Below, in pieces: positions 1-12,253 of a DNA stretch of 64,000 nucleotides (within the stretch, counting starts at the first letter, position 1; each line of letters starts with the position of its first letter). The stretch comes from Lama glama (Eukaryota): positions 75,084,001 through 75,148,000 of the forward strand of contig CM052816.1 of assembly GCA_028534125.1 (NCBI GenBank), read 5' to 3'. The notes beneath the pieces are model-generated. The model saw only the letters and a program-made list of their open reading frames with translations. It was not told where the DNA came from and searched no databases. A program made the position numbers and the translations under genes.

Positions 1-904
1 TGCCAAGGGACCCAGAAATCTTAGAACTTGTTTTTGACCATTTTCTCTGAAAATTCTTTCTCTGAGCATCTGACTTACGTGCTGGTATCTCATAGCTGTC
101 ATATTTGAACACCAGTCAAAAGCAGGACAAAAAAATGTTCCAATCTAACATCCAGTTACTGCCGCTTTGGCTTGTCGGACTGTTTCCTTGCTGCCATTAT
201 TTCTCCTTTGTAAGTTCATTTTCAGCTAAGCCTCCGTACATGTAGGGCTGTCTTCTATCTGTGGTTCCTGTGCATCAAGGTGATCCCCCCAGCCTTTTCT
301 GTTCCCAGTTGCCCTGGGCAGAAGAGAAGACCATGGAAGAACCTAGCCAAGTCCTATTCATTCTACCAGAAATAAAAACTGCACAGGCCTGATAGACAGA
401 CCTTTACTTCTCATGCCAATTAAAGTCACATTTAGTGCTTGCAGAATTTCTGAGAGCAAAGAATGATTTCTTTTTGTACTGCAATTTAACAAATGAACAT
501 ACATTTTAAAAAAAAGACAACCTAGTATTAGAGAAATTTATGAATTTTAGAGTGTTATTAGGTACATAAGCTGTTTGTTGCTCTTTACTTGGAAGCTATA
601 TTTGATTTTCCAAAAAAAAACTTAAATCTATGGCTATCTGGAAGACATTATGTTGAAAACTAACCCTTGGTTTTATTATTTACATCCAGTACTTTCCAGA
701 CTGAAAGTGTATTTATTGACTAACATACTGACATATTTTATAAGGGAAATTCCTCTTACGTAGAGAAGGCTGTTGATGATTAAAAGCTATGATTAAGGTT
801 TAAAAGCCACAGCTAAAGTATAAATCTAACATTTTTACAAGAAGGGAACTAGCGGCTCTTAAGCACATGCCATTGGAGATACTACGCTATTTATTTGTGT
901 ATTT

Positions 905-1045
905 ATTGTCATTTAATCCTTCTAACTTCATGAGTTAGCTATAACAAGCCCTGTTATTATAGACGAAGAGACTTAGGCCAAGAGAGTTAACTATTCAAGT
1001 TTACATACATAGCAAGTGAGGAAATGGGGATTTGATCACAGTATC
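905..1045 (-). mobile_element. MIR SINE fragment
   Basis: Degenerate antisense MIR core: atttaatcct...ttatagacgaagagacttaggccaagagagttaact...ggggatttga. Boundaries approximate. Confidence 0.6.
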
Positions 1046-2046
1046 CTTTGTTTTGCTGTTTTTGCATTCTGCCACAAGGTTCTTTTGGGGTGTATGTAAC
1101 TAATGCCTTTCATGATGGAAGCAAAACTACCAGCAAAATAAATCTCTTTACAGCATTTCTGAAAACTTGATAAAGAAAGTATTGGTTGGGTTAATGTTTA
1201 ATGCAACTAGAAGGATACATGCTTTTATGTACAATGCTAATTCAAGATGCGGGCTTTGGAAGGTGCTGGATTGACCGTTTGCATGTTCTTTCTTCTGCAT
1301 CTTATCATATTTTTAAGCTCTCACTCATTCTGAAGTCTCCACTGCCTAATCACATATAATTAACATAAATCCCATGTATGAAATTTTTTGTTTACCCATT
1401 TTGTTTTTATAATCTACCAACTGAAGAGTTCTTTGGAAGAGTTTATGTCCTCTAGGACTTTTATAATTTTAGCTTTTAATATTTCTTGAGTGGGAAACAC
1501 TGAAACATAACTGTAGATATATGGGAATCACTGTAAAGGGGAGTCCAAAAGAGGCTTTAAAAAAGATTAAAATTAAGATCAGAAAGAAACAATAGCAAAT
1601 TCATTGGCAAGTCAGCTCACTCAGCCTAGATCCCCACCAGTGTTAATCTTTTAGGTAAGCAAAAGGACATGAGAATGTGGAACTATTCTTTCTGGAATAT
1701 CTCAATTTTCAGTGATCTTAAAGAGATTTTGTCTTTTGATTGCTACCTGACTCTGTGTTTGCTTTGGAAAGGAAATATTTTCCTTCTTGCTGTGTTGCAT
1801 ATGATGTGTTTGTGAATACTCGCTTAGTTCTAAGAACTTTAACTGTTCGCTAGAACTCGGATGTCTTCAAACCAGAGACTGAAAGACCGAACGGTGAGCT
1901 AGACATCTGATTGATTCCAAGCCGTGGTGCTGCTTGACCTCCTGGCAGCTCTGTGAGAATTTGACCATATGCACTCCACCTTCTCTGGTGTTGAAAGGCA
2001 GGCTTCTATTCATGAAATGGGAGTTTGGTCTTTTTTATTAAAGTCA

Positions 2047-2072
2047 GTGTGTGTGTGTCTCTCTCTCTCTCT
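2047..2072. repeat. Compound (GT)n(CT)n microsatellite
   Basis: gtgtgtgtgtgtctctctctctctct seen directly. Confidence 0.9.
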
Positions 2073-2469
2073 GGCCCTCCCTCCCTCCCCCGTTCTCTTT
2101 ATGGAGAGAATGAGTTTGATATTTTCCGTTATTACCCTCTGGCTAATGTTGTATTTGTATTACTGCCCCAGCCCCTTCTCATTAAAAAGCCCACTTAAAA
2201 GAAGGGGCGGAAACACTAAAAATGATCCATGAGGTCTCCTAGAAACCCATTATTAGTAATTTCATAAATAATCGTGCTTCTGATACGACTTAGCAGGGAA
2301 TGAAGCCAAAGGGCTGAAGACAGTGTGACCCTGCAGCTAGAGGCTAAAGAATCTTGAAGACTAAATTTTATTAAATGACTGAATTTAACATTTCCAGTTG
2401 GTGAAAGCTTTATTTCTTGCTTCTTTGGTTTAGAGACAATTTTTGATCAGCACTTCTATTATTAAAGAA

Positions 2470-2750
2470 GTTTTATTAGAGGAAATGTCAAATGTGTACA
2501 AAATTAGAATAGCAAAATGCATCTATTCAGCGTAGGCAGTTATGCATTCAGGGCCAGTCTTGTTTCATTTATACCCCTGTTCACCTTTCCCACCTCCCTG
2601 GATTATTTTAAGGCAAATACCACACATCGTATCAGTCTATCCATAAAATATTTTAGCATTACCTCTGAAAGATAAGGATTCCTTTTTAATCAACCACAAT
2701 TCTGTTATTCTGTTAATGGTAAGAAATTAAGGATACAATTCCTTAATATC
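2470..2750 (-). mobile_element. Old L1 (L1ME/L1MC-type) 3' end fragment
   Basis: ggccagtcttgtttcatttatacccc...ggattattttaaggcaaatacc...ctgaaagataaggattcc resembles antisense old L1M 3'UTR. Confidence 0.55.
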
Positions 2751-3099
2751 ATCCACCCACACGGCACCCTCATTTTACTGATATTCAAAGAAATGAGGTG
2801 ACTTGACCCAGGTGACAAAACTAATTAGTAGCTAAGCCAATACTGGAACTCATCACTCTTGTCTCCCACTCTTATAGGGACGCTACTTTTGCTATATGAA
2901 GAAGAGCTTACTTTTGAAATATAATATCCCATATAGAAAAAAAACCCCTCCATTTTTCTTCCGGCTACGCTTAGGGGCAGCTCTGTGTCTCTGTGAAGCC
3001 ACTTAACCTTCTAGACATCAGCTCTTTATTTTTAAAATGAGATGAATGGGATAGGTTTTAGTTAAAAAAAATTATTAGGGCATTTTTCTTATTTTTTTT

Positions 3100-4800
3100 C
3101 TTTGTATTAGGTGTTGTATTAAGCACTTTTTTAGTTTTTATCAATTTTTTGAGCTAGATATTTCATTTCAGTTCCTAAATGTTCATTGCTAATATAAAGG
3201 AAAACAAACTATTGGTTATTGTATGTTTATCATGTCTATTACTTTCATTAAAATGTTTATTAGCTGTCATAATCCTTTTAGAATTCTATTATTCTACACA
3301 ATTCTTTTATCTGCAAATAATAAATTTTTCTTTTCTAAAATGCATGCCACTTGATTTATTTTCTTTACTTAACGTAACATTCAAAACCAATATTAGTAAG
3401 TGGTAGTGATTAAGGACTTTCTTGATTTCAGTGCAAATTCATTTAGAATTTTAACTTTTAGTTCTATGCTTGCTGTTTGTATTTCTAATAAATATCCGTT
3501 ATACTGTTCTACAAGTTTCCTTTTGCTTATAGTGTTTAAACTTAATGGCTGTTGAATTTTATCTATTGTCTTTTTAATCTGTTGATTTAACCATACCATG
3601 CTTCACCTTTAATTTGTTAATGTCATTTTTAAAGAATTGATGGATTTTGAATCATTGCTACTCTGCTAATACAAATGATCAGTTTTTAACAATATGCAAG
3701 AAATTTTTTTTGCTTATTGGTCACTCAAATTTTGTGACCTTTCTTGTGGCAATTTTGTTAATATATATTTTGCTAGAAAGCATTCATTTCTTTTGTATTT
3801 TCAAATTTATTTTTCCAAAACAACATGTAATATTTTTGCATAATTTCTTTAATATCTTTAAAAACTTGACTATACCTACTTTTTATTCCTAATTCTGTAG
3901 ATGTTCATTTTCTCTCTTCTCTTTTAATCAGGCTTGGAATAAGTCTGTCTTATTAATTATTTTAAAATTAAGTTTAAGAAATACATAATTTATTAATTTT
4001 ATCCTTTTTATTATTTATCCTCTGTTTTTTGTCATGCTAGTTACTAGATTTATAAATTGAATACTTAATTTTTAGTCTTTCTTTTTAATAATAAAAACAT
4101 TTAGGGCTCTCCATTTTTTAGTATAATTTTAATTGTATACTATAAACTTTGATGTAAAGTTTGTATTTTTTTAACTTTTTTTATTGAGTTGTAGTCATTT
4201 TACAATGTTGTGTCAAAATCCAGTGTAGAGCACAATTTTTCAGTTATACATGAACATACATATATTCATTGTCACATTGTTTTTTCACTGTGAGCTACCA
4301 CCAGATCTTTTATATATTTCCCTGTCTATACAGTATAATCTTGTTTATCTGTTCTACATTTTGAAATCCCAGTCTGTCCCTTCCCATCCCCTGCCCCCTT
4401 GGCAACCACAAGTTTGTATTCCATGTCTATGAGTCTATTTCTGTTTTGTATTTATGGCTTTTTTTTTTTAGATTCCACATATGAGTGATCTCATCTGGTA
4501 TTTTTCTTCCTCTTTCTGGCTTACTTCTCTTAGAATGACATTCTCCAGGAACATCCATGTTACTTAAAGTTTGTATTTTTAATTAATTTCTAGGTGGTTT
4601 GTAATTTCAGTTTTGATCTCATTTTTGATTTAATAATTTTTTAGAAGAAATTTTTTTTTCCTTCAGAGGTTTAGGGGAGTTATTAGTCATATTTTTGGAA
4701 TTTATTAGGTTTTTTGGATGGCCAAGTACATGATTCATTTTTCTAAATTTTACTTGGAAACAAGATAATTTTATATTAAATTTAGCTTATTGCTTGTTAT
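3100..4800 (-). mobile_element. Highly degenerate old L1M ORF2-region fragment (interrupted by a younger L1 tail)
   Basis: Very T-rich tract with antisense L1 ORF2-like motifs, e.g. atggctgttgaattttatc, agtttccttttgcttatagt. Confidence 0.55.
4171..4564 (-). mobile_element. Young camelid-type L1 3' end, 5'-truncated, with perfect 16-bp TSD
   Basis: Poly-T then ttattgagttgtagtcattttacaatgttgtgtc..., near-identical to copies at 54821-55011 and 63138-63394. Flanked by taaagtttgtattttt at 4155-4170 and 4565-4580. Confidence 0.92.
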
Positions 4801-4834
4801 GGTCAATTCCTTTATTTATTAGTCCTTAGGGACA

Positions 4835-5195
4835 GTTGAAAGCAAGTAAGAGGAGAATTTAAGACCTGAATTCTAGTTTTGGCTTTGCTACTAACAAATT
4901 GTGACCTTATACAAATTACTTTCTCTCCTTTGGTCTAATCTAGTGCTGCCCAAAAATCTTGCTGTGATGATGGAAATATTATGTATGTACTTTTCACAAT
5001 GTGATGGCACTAGTAACATGTGGCTTTTGAACACTTGAAATGCAGCTAGTATGAATGAATAACTGAGTTTTCAATTTTACTTAATTTGAATTTAGATAGC
5101 CCCATGTGTCTAGTCTACTTTACTGCACAGTGCAGATATAATCTATTAAAGTCTTTGGACTCAATAAATCCTAAGGGAACTCAACTCTAAAATTT
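4835..5195 (+). mobile_element. MIR SINE split by a MER3 insertion
   Basis: aagacctgaattctagttttggctttgctactaacaaattgtgacctt before, and ttggactcaataaatcctaagg...ctctaaaattttg after, the MER3. Confidence 0.6.
4941..5135 (+). mobile_element. MER3 (hAT-Charlie non-autonomous DNA transposon)
   Basis: tagtgctgccc...tgatgatggaaat...acatgtggcttttgaacacttgaaatg...cacagtgcag. Imperfect 8-bp TSD gtctaatc (4933-4940) / atataatc (5136-5143). Confidence 0.8.
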
Positions 5196-7644
5196 TGTTT
5201 TAACCTTCAAGCTGTAGATTTCACATTTCTGAATATGCTGTGATATAGTGGGAAGCTTGAATACTTAGAAAAGTAAATAGTTGAGAGCTGGTAAACTTTC
5301 AATTTTTTCATACCCAGTTTAAGCTTCTAACAGTTATGAGACCTAAAATCATCTGCATTTAATAATTGACCCTTTGGGATTTAAAGGTTATGAAAACAGA
5401 AAGTTATACTGAGGGTTAACTTCTAAAAGTCAGCCCTAAGGTAAAAAATTACATTATTCAAATTACTCTTGGGTGTGTTTTATTTCTTTGTTAAAGGCTG
5501 GGAAACCCGTAAAATCTATCAAATATTCTTTTCCCATATGGCATTGAATCAAAAAGAAATCAAAACTGAAATTATAAATTACCTAGAAATTAATGCAAAT
5601 AAGAACTTTATGTCAAAGCTTTTTGGAATACCATTAATTGAGAGCCATAAATGCTTTTATTATTTGCAGATATTGTGCATTGACCCTTCTGGCTTGCTTG
5701 CATTCTTCTCCAGTGTAATGCATATGATGTGTCAGTGTTTTAGGACTTCATCATCTGATCATATTAGCACTGGGATGTGTATTGGTCAGATCTTTAGGAT
5801 CAGTGCTAAATCAGATCCTGGTTATTGGTGTTAAGAACCAGACAGAGCAGTTGGCTTCCATTTGGGCAGGGGTGGAGGGGCGGTCATATGATAGGGCAAC
5901 ATGTATCTTTAAACCCTTGAGTTATCTTGGTAAATTTACATTATGAGAGGCATACGGGATTGAGACTGGGTGAATATCAGTTTTCCATCTCCCATCTTAT
6001 CCTTTTTCTAGACCTTCACTGTCTAAATAGAATGCCAGGCAAAACCATTAGTATTTTACACTTAAGCTTTCTCTCTCCTTTCTTTTCCTTCCTCAGTGAG
6101 TATAATGAAATCTTCCTAAGTAAAAGGCAGATAGAATTTTTGAACTTTCTTATACCCAATAAATTCAGCATTGCCTGTGTTATCGCTTAGTAACTCAAGA
6201 AGATCATTGGCGTATTTGTAATAATATTTTATTTACAGAGAATTGTTAGAGAATAAGATATTCCATTTACATAAATTTTTTCAGATTATCCAAATTTAGC
6301 TGTATAAGTACCAATTTCTAAATATAATTTTGGATGGAAAACCAGATTACCAGTCTTGTTACAACTGTGCATAAAAAGAGTAAATATGTTTTGCACAGAA
6401 GCCTGACACAGAGTCCTTTGAGGGAGGCTCAAAAACTTTAATTTGAGTACATGAGATTTTGACATGTTTTAGCCTCTCATTATCTGTTTTGTATAGTTAT
6501 AGATTGTAGTTACAGCCTTGAACATTAACAGTATCGGATAAGGGAATTTCTGATTGGTAAGTTGTTACTATGACTTGGGTCTTATCTTTTGTTTTTGGAA
6601 CCACCATCTTCTGGTAGAGATCATGTACTTATTATCAGGTAATAAAGGGCCAAAGAAGTGCACATTAGAATGAATAAAAATTAGCATACCATATAAATAA
6701 TCAGACTCTGAAAAGCTAATCCACAGACAATATAGAACTAGCTGCCTTAAAAAAACGCAACATTTTTCTTACTACCAGAATGTTACGAAAAGTAACTTAT
6801 TACTCTGGCAGTTAGAAGCTTTATCAGCTAACATTTTCCATCCTGAATATGACTTCTGCTCATAATCATGTAATTTTTAGGCAATTTAATTTTCCTAAAT
6901 CATGGCTTTCAGGTTGGTGAAAGATGTATGGTCTGTTTATAAGCACATTTGGAAAGTAATATAATTTTAGCCCTAAAGGATCTGCCTGTATTTTTAGAAG
7001 TTGTCTAAACTAAAACTACATAGGGCATCTCTAGGCTTGCTGTCTGCCTTTTAACTAGATTAATTAGCACCATCCAACAGATTAGGAACAATAAGAAAGA
7101 AAAATAGTGCAATAAGCCCAGCGTAATGGACATTTTAAAATAGGAAGCATCTTCTAGGGGGATTCAATTACCTCTTTCTGGAAGTTAGGGAAAGACTCCA
7201 AAATCTTTTTCTGACGTGTTCCTTAACTTCAGGTAATTTAACTTTTCTTTGCTGTCTTTTCTTTTTTGTCTAAAGGAAAGCTTGAATTTTATCTACTTAC
7301 TTTCTGCAAATATTGCTTAGATAATCAGGAATTATCTTCATAAAGTTGTGTTTATTAAAAGGTACTCAGTACGGAAAAAGTAAGCCATAACAAGAAAAAT
7401 GAAATAGCAGTAAAAAGTAGAAATGTTATATGTCATAGAACAAAGATCCAGTCTGTATTTCTAATTTTTTCAAACTTGTAATAATATGATTGTGGAACGT
7501 CTAAAGGTCCTTATTACTATGTTTTAATTTTTTTTTTTTTGAAAAGTGCTCTATTGGAAGTCTGAGCTGTCTAACATCAGGACAGGCTTATCAAAATAGT
7601 AACGACCTGGATGGCAAAGTTTATTTATTGGGAAAAGTGAAACA

Positions 7645-8520
7645 AAGCAAAGGAAATCAGCAACAAAATGAAAAGGCAACCTGCCAAATAGGAGAAATTA
7701 TTTGTGAATCATGTACTTACTAAGGGGCTAATACCTAAAATACATAAGGACCTCATACACTTAGTAAAAAGAAAAAAAGTAATTTAAAAATGAATGGAAG
7801 ATTTTAATAGACATTTTTGCAAAGAACACATACAGATGGCCAACAGTTCGTGAAAAGATGCTCAATATCATTAATCATTAGGGAAATTCAAATTAACCAT
7901 AATGAATTATCACCTCATACCTGTTAGAATGGCTGTTATAAAAAAGACAAGAAATAAGTGTTGGTGAAGATATGGAGAAAAGGGAACCCTTACTCACTAT
8001 TAATGTGAATGTAAATTCATGCTGCTGCAACTGTGGAAAATGATATGGAAGTCCTCTCCAAAATTAAAAATAGAGCTGCCATATGAACTGATAATTCTAC
8101 TTCTGGGTATTTATCTGAGGAAAACAAATACACTAACTTGAAAAGATATATGCACCTCTGTGTTCATTGTGGTATTATTTGCACTAGCCAAGATATGGGA
8201 GCAACCTAAGTGTCCATCTGTGAATGAATGGGTAAAGAAGATGTGGCATATATGTACAATGGAATATTACTCGGCCATGAAAAGAATGAATTCTTAGCAT
8301 TTATGACAACATGGATAGACCTCTAAGGCATTGTGCTAAGTGAAATAAGTCAGACCGAGAAAGACAAATGCCATCTGATCTCTCTTATATGTAGACTCTA
8401 AAAACAAAAACCAAAAAAACTAAGCTTGTAGATATAGAGAATAGTTTGTTGGTTGCCAGAGGTTGCGCAAGGGAGGTATGAGAAATGGGTGAAGGTTGTC
8501 AAAAAGTAAAAAGAAAAAGG
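7645..8520 (+). mobile_element. L1 (L1MA-type) ORF2 C-terminus plus 3'UTR, 5'-truncated
   Basis: caacaaaatgaaaaggcaacc...agacatttttgcaaagaacacatacagatggcc...gcaacctaagtgtccatc...ggttgccagagg, followed by an A-rich tail. Confidence 0.9.
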
Positions 8521-8692
8521 AAATTAAAAGAAAAACAACAACAAAAAAACAAAATCAAAGAAAATCCCAAATATGCAGTTCTTAGATCTTTCTTATTCTT
8601 TATCCAGATACTAACTTGTGACTTTCTGTCATGCTAGTGTATTCTGTATTGCAATAAAGTTCACTTACCACAAGAAAACAGACCATAGCTTT

Positions 8693-9864
8693 TACAGAAA
8701 TGGAAAGATATGCTCCTGGATTAGAAGAATTAGTATTGTTAAAATACAGATTTAATGTGATTGCTATCAAATTACTCATGACATTTTTCACAGAACTAGA
8801 ACAAATAATCCTAAAGTTATACGGAATCACAAAAGACCCAGAATTATAAAAGCAATACTGAGGAAAAAGAACAAATCTGGAGGCATAACCCTCCCAGACT
8901 TCAGTCAATATTACAAAGCTATAGTAATCAAAACAGCATGGTATTGGAAAAAAAGCAGACATATGGATCAATGGAACAGAATAGAGAGCCCAGAAATAAA
9001 CCTACAAACCTGTGGTCAATTAGTCTTCAACAAAGGAGGCAAGAATATACAATGGAGAAAAGACAGTTTCTTCAGCAAGTGATGTTGGGAAAACTGAACA
9101 GCCACATGTAAATAAATGAAGTTAGAACACTCTCTCACACCATACATAAAAATAAACACAAAATGGCTGAAAGACTTAAATATAAGACAAAACACCATAA
9201 ATCTCCTAGAAAAGAACATAGGCAAAACATTTGCTGACATAAATCTTAGCAATGTTCTCCTGGGGCAGTCTACCACGGCAATAGAAATAGGATCAAAAAT
9301 AAACAAACTGGACCTAATTAAACTTACAAGCTTTTGCACAGCAAAGGAAACCATAAGCAAAACAAAATGACAACCTACGGACTGGAAGAAGATATTTGTA
9401 AATGAGGCAACTGACAAAGGTTTAATTTCTGGGATATATAAACAGCTCATAGAACTTAATACCAAAAAAACAAACAACCCAGTCCAAAAATGGGCAGAAG
9501 ACCTAAACAAGCAATTCGCCGATGAAGACATACAAATGGCCAATAGGCGCATGAAAAAATGCTCAAGGTTGCTAATTATCAGAGAAATGCAAATCAAAGC
9601 TACAATGAGGTATCACTTCATACCAGTCAGAATGGCCATCATTCAAAAATCCACAAACAATAAATGCTGGAGAGGGTGTGGAGAAAATGGAACCCTCCTA
9701 CACTGTTGGTGGTAATATATTTTGGTGCAGCCATAGTGGAAAATAATATGGAGATTCCTCAAAAAACTAAAAATAGACTTACCATAGGATCCAGCAATCC
9801 CACTCCTGGGCATCCAGAGGGAGCTCTAGTTCGAAAGAATACATACACCTCATTGTTCGTAGCA
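8693..9864 (+). mobile_element. L1 ORF2 fragment (post-RT/C-terminal region), truncated at both ends
   Basis: Remnant ORF2 peptides in the ORF track ([25 protein letters not shown]...; [14 protein letters not shown]) with stops and frameshifts. No 3'UTR or poly-A follows. Confidence 0.93.
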
Positions 9865-9994
9865 ATAAGCTAAAAGTTATTAGGAGAGGCCCTCACAGAG
9901 GAACATCTGAGAACTAATCTGTTTCACTTCAATTTTAATGAAAAAAAAAAAACACAAGAACAAGCCACATAGTGAATTTAAAAAAAAAAAAAGT

Positions 9995-10145
9995 TTGTAT
10001 TTTGGAAAATTTTTAAATTTACAGAAATGTTGCAGAGACAAGACAAAGACTTCATATTCCCCTCACCCGATTTCCCTCATTATCATCATCTTATATTACT
10101 GTGGTACATTTGTCAAAATCAAAAAGCCCACATTAGCACATCACT
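9995..10145 (-). mobile_element. Old L1M 3' terminal fragment
   Basis: ttttaaatttacagaaatgttgcag...ttcccctcacccgatttccct...tggtacatttgtcaaaa resembles antisense L1MC/MD-type 3' end. Confidence 0.55.
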
Positions 10146-10174
10146 GTTAGGGAGGGGGGTGTTTAATTATCTTT

Positions 10175-10555
10175 TTTTTAAAACTATAGTAAGAATACCT
10201 AACATGAGACTACCCTCTTAACAATACAGTATTAACTGTAGGCACTATGTCACATAGCAGATTTGTAGAACTTACCAGGTATAACTGAAACTTTATACCC
10301 ATGAACAACTCTGCATTTCCCACTTCCCCTGTAAGTGGAGTCATGCAGTATTTGTCTTTCTGTGACTGGCTTATTTTATTTCACTTGGTATAGTATCCTC
10401 AAGGTTCACCCACGTTGTCACATATGGCAGGATTTCCTTCTTGAGGGCTGAATAATATTCTATTGTGTGTATATTTTCCTTATCCATTCATTTGCCAATG
10501 GACATTTTGGTTGTTTCTATATCTTGGCTATTGTGAATAATACTTTAGTGACCAT
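10175..10555 (-). mobile_element. L1 (L1MA9/L1MB-like) 3' end
   Basis: taacatgagactaccctcttaac...gtaagtggagtcatgcagtatttgtctttctgtgactggcttattt...ttggctattgtgaataa. Same family as 48870-50092. Confidence 0.85.
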
Positions 10556-10759
10556 GGCATATCAAAAAATAAGCTAAGGTTTATATGTTTATGTTTCTGC
10601 CTCTTCTGACTTTTGTATTTTGCTTCAAAAGAATATCTTTTATTTTTTCATTCTGCTCATGGTATTTTGATTTCTACATTATCTAGATCTTCACCAAAAG
10701 GCTTTTTTTTGTTACTTTTCTATAAAGGCACTTCACTTTTCATTTTCAGTCCTAGCACT

Positions 10760-10862
10760 GTCTTTCTCCCTCTGTCTCTCCCTCCTTCTCTCTCTCACTG
10801 TCTCTCCTCTCATTCTTCCTCCCACCTTCTTTCTCTTTCTCTGACCATCCCCCCCCCCCCCC
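10760..10862. repeat. CT-rich polypyrimidine tract ending in C14
   Basis: Low-complexity CT tract with poly-C at 10849-10862. Confidence 0.85.
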
Positions 10863-12253
10863 GTGCTGCCGCCAAATCTAAGAGCTTGCTCTGGCACACT
10901 TGACTTGAAAAGACAAGAAGACAGAAACTAATGGTTCCTCCATTTTCCTAGTTACATATCTTTCAGAAATAAATAATGTAATGGCAAATTCCCCAAAGTA
11001 ATTTTTTAACCTGTTTCAGTGTTTGAAAAAGTTCTTGGTTTCCACTTTATTCTCCCCAGTTTGAGGAGGAGCCGTTTTACCTCCCATGCACTTTCAGTTT
11101 TAGGGTCTACATGGAGAAATCGTGTCCTTGATTTCTGAAACCATCTGATGCCTGTGATGCCAGGACCCTCCCGCAGCGGCATGGCTCCTTAGCATTCTGT
11201 GTTGCTCCCAGGAGTGGGTCATTCTCACAGCGATAATATGCTTCTCCCACTCAGGGCTCATACTGGTCCCAGAATCTGAATCTCTGTGAAGTTGACCATG
11301 GTTCTCCTATTCCTAAAAGTGGCGTATGCTTTCTGAGCAAACCAGAGGTGACAACTGTCTTCACATGTGAGAGGCACTGGGTACCCATTTTATAGATTAG
11401 GACTTGCACAAGAAAAAATTAAAAGACTCTAGCACCGACCAAAGGGTTATCAATTCACCATGAATGTTCTTAGCTGTTAACTTGCAGTAGATGCTTAGCA
11501 GTCAGTAGACGGTGTCATCAGCTCAATCTAGAGGACACTTTGGGAATAAATAGAGTACTTATTAATTTGGCAGAGGGTCAAAATGGTTTCATATTCTTTC
11601 AACTAGCCCTCTAGATTGCTTAATAGAGCACCTATACTTAGTATACATAGCATGTTCTTTCACAATTGCTCTTAAGTGTGTGTGTATGTTATTTTTTAAA
11701 CTTTTAAATTATCTTCTACATTATTTTTTGATCTTTTCTACTGTGGATAAAAACACTGGTAATGATTTTGATGTATTCCTTAATAATGTTCTTTCAGTCA
11801 CTGTGTCTCTCTCTCTGAAAATTCCATCCAGCTGTCAGAGATGGCAGTGTAATTATAATAATTCTGTAATTGTGCTCTTTAGAGCTTTGCAGACAGCGGA
11901 GGAGGTGTGGGCAAGTGTGCTTCTGCCCGTGGTTCTAATGCTCACACCCCCACCCCCTTCATCCCAACCAATCCACACCCTCTTTGAAGAATCAGAAAAG
12001 AAAATTTCTGAGAAAGACTGTTTCCTGTTTCCAAAAGAAACGTTAATAATTTCATATTCCAAGTGAGTGAGTTGTTGAGGGATATTGATATATTTTAGTA
12101 CATGCAGACACATAAAAATGATTAACTGTTATTCTTCTGTTTGTATTTTAGCTGTCATTTTTGTCATGATTATCTAGAGATTTCCTTAAAAAAATGAATT
12201 TTTAAAAACTTCTTTGTGATGGTAAATGGGATCTGCGTTCCCACCATTAGAAC

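Noticed and set aside
4250..4432. Apparent paralogous peptides MNIHIFIVT... here and at 63211-63399
   Set aside because: Both are antisense translations of the same L1 3'UTR repeat, not a gene family.
5720..5765. C/D-box snoRNA (atgatgt...ctga)
   Set aside because: The C box is imperfect and the C-to-D span is only about 35 nt, too short.
8600..9597. Minus-strand ORFs of 123 aa and 193 aa (the latter the longest in the track)
   Set aside because: They are antisense reading frames of the L1 ORF2 fragment, a common artefact.
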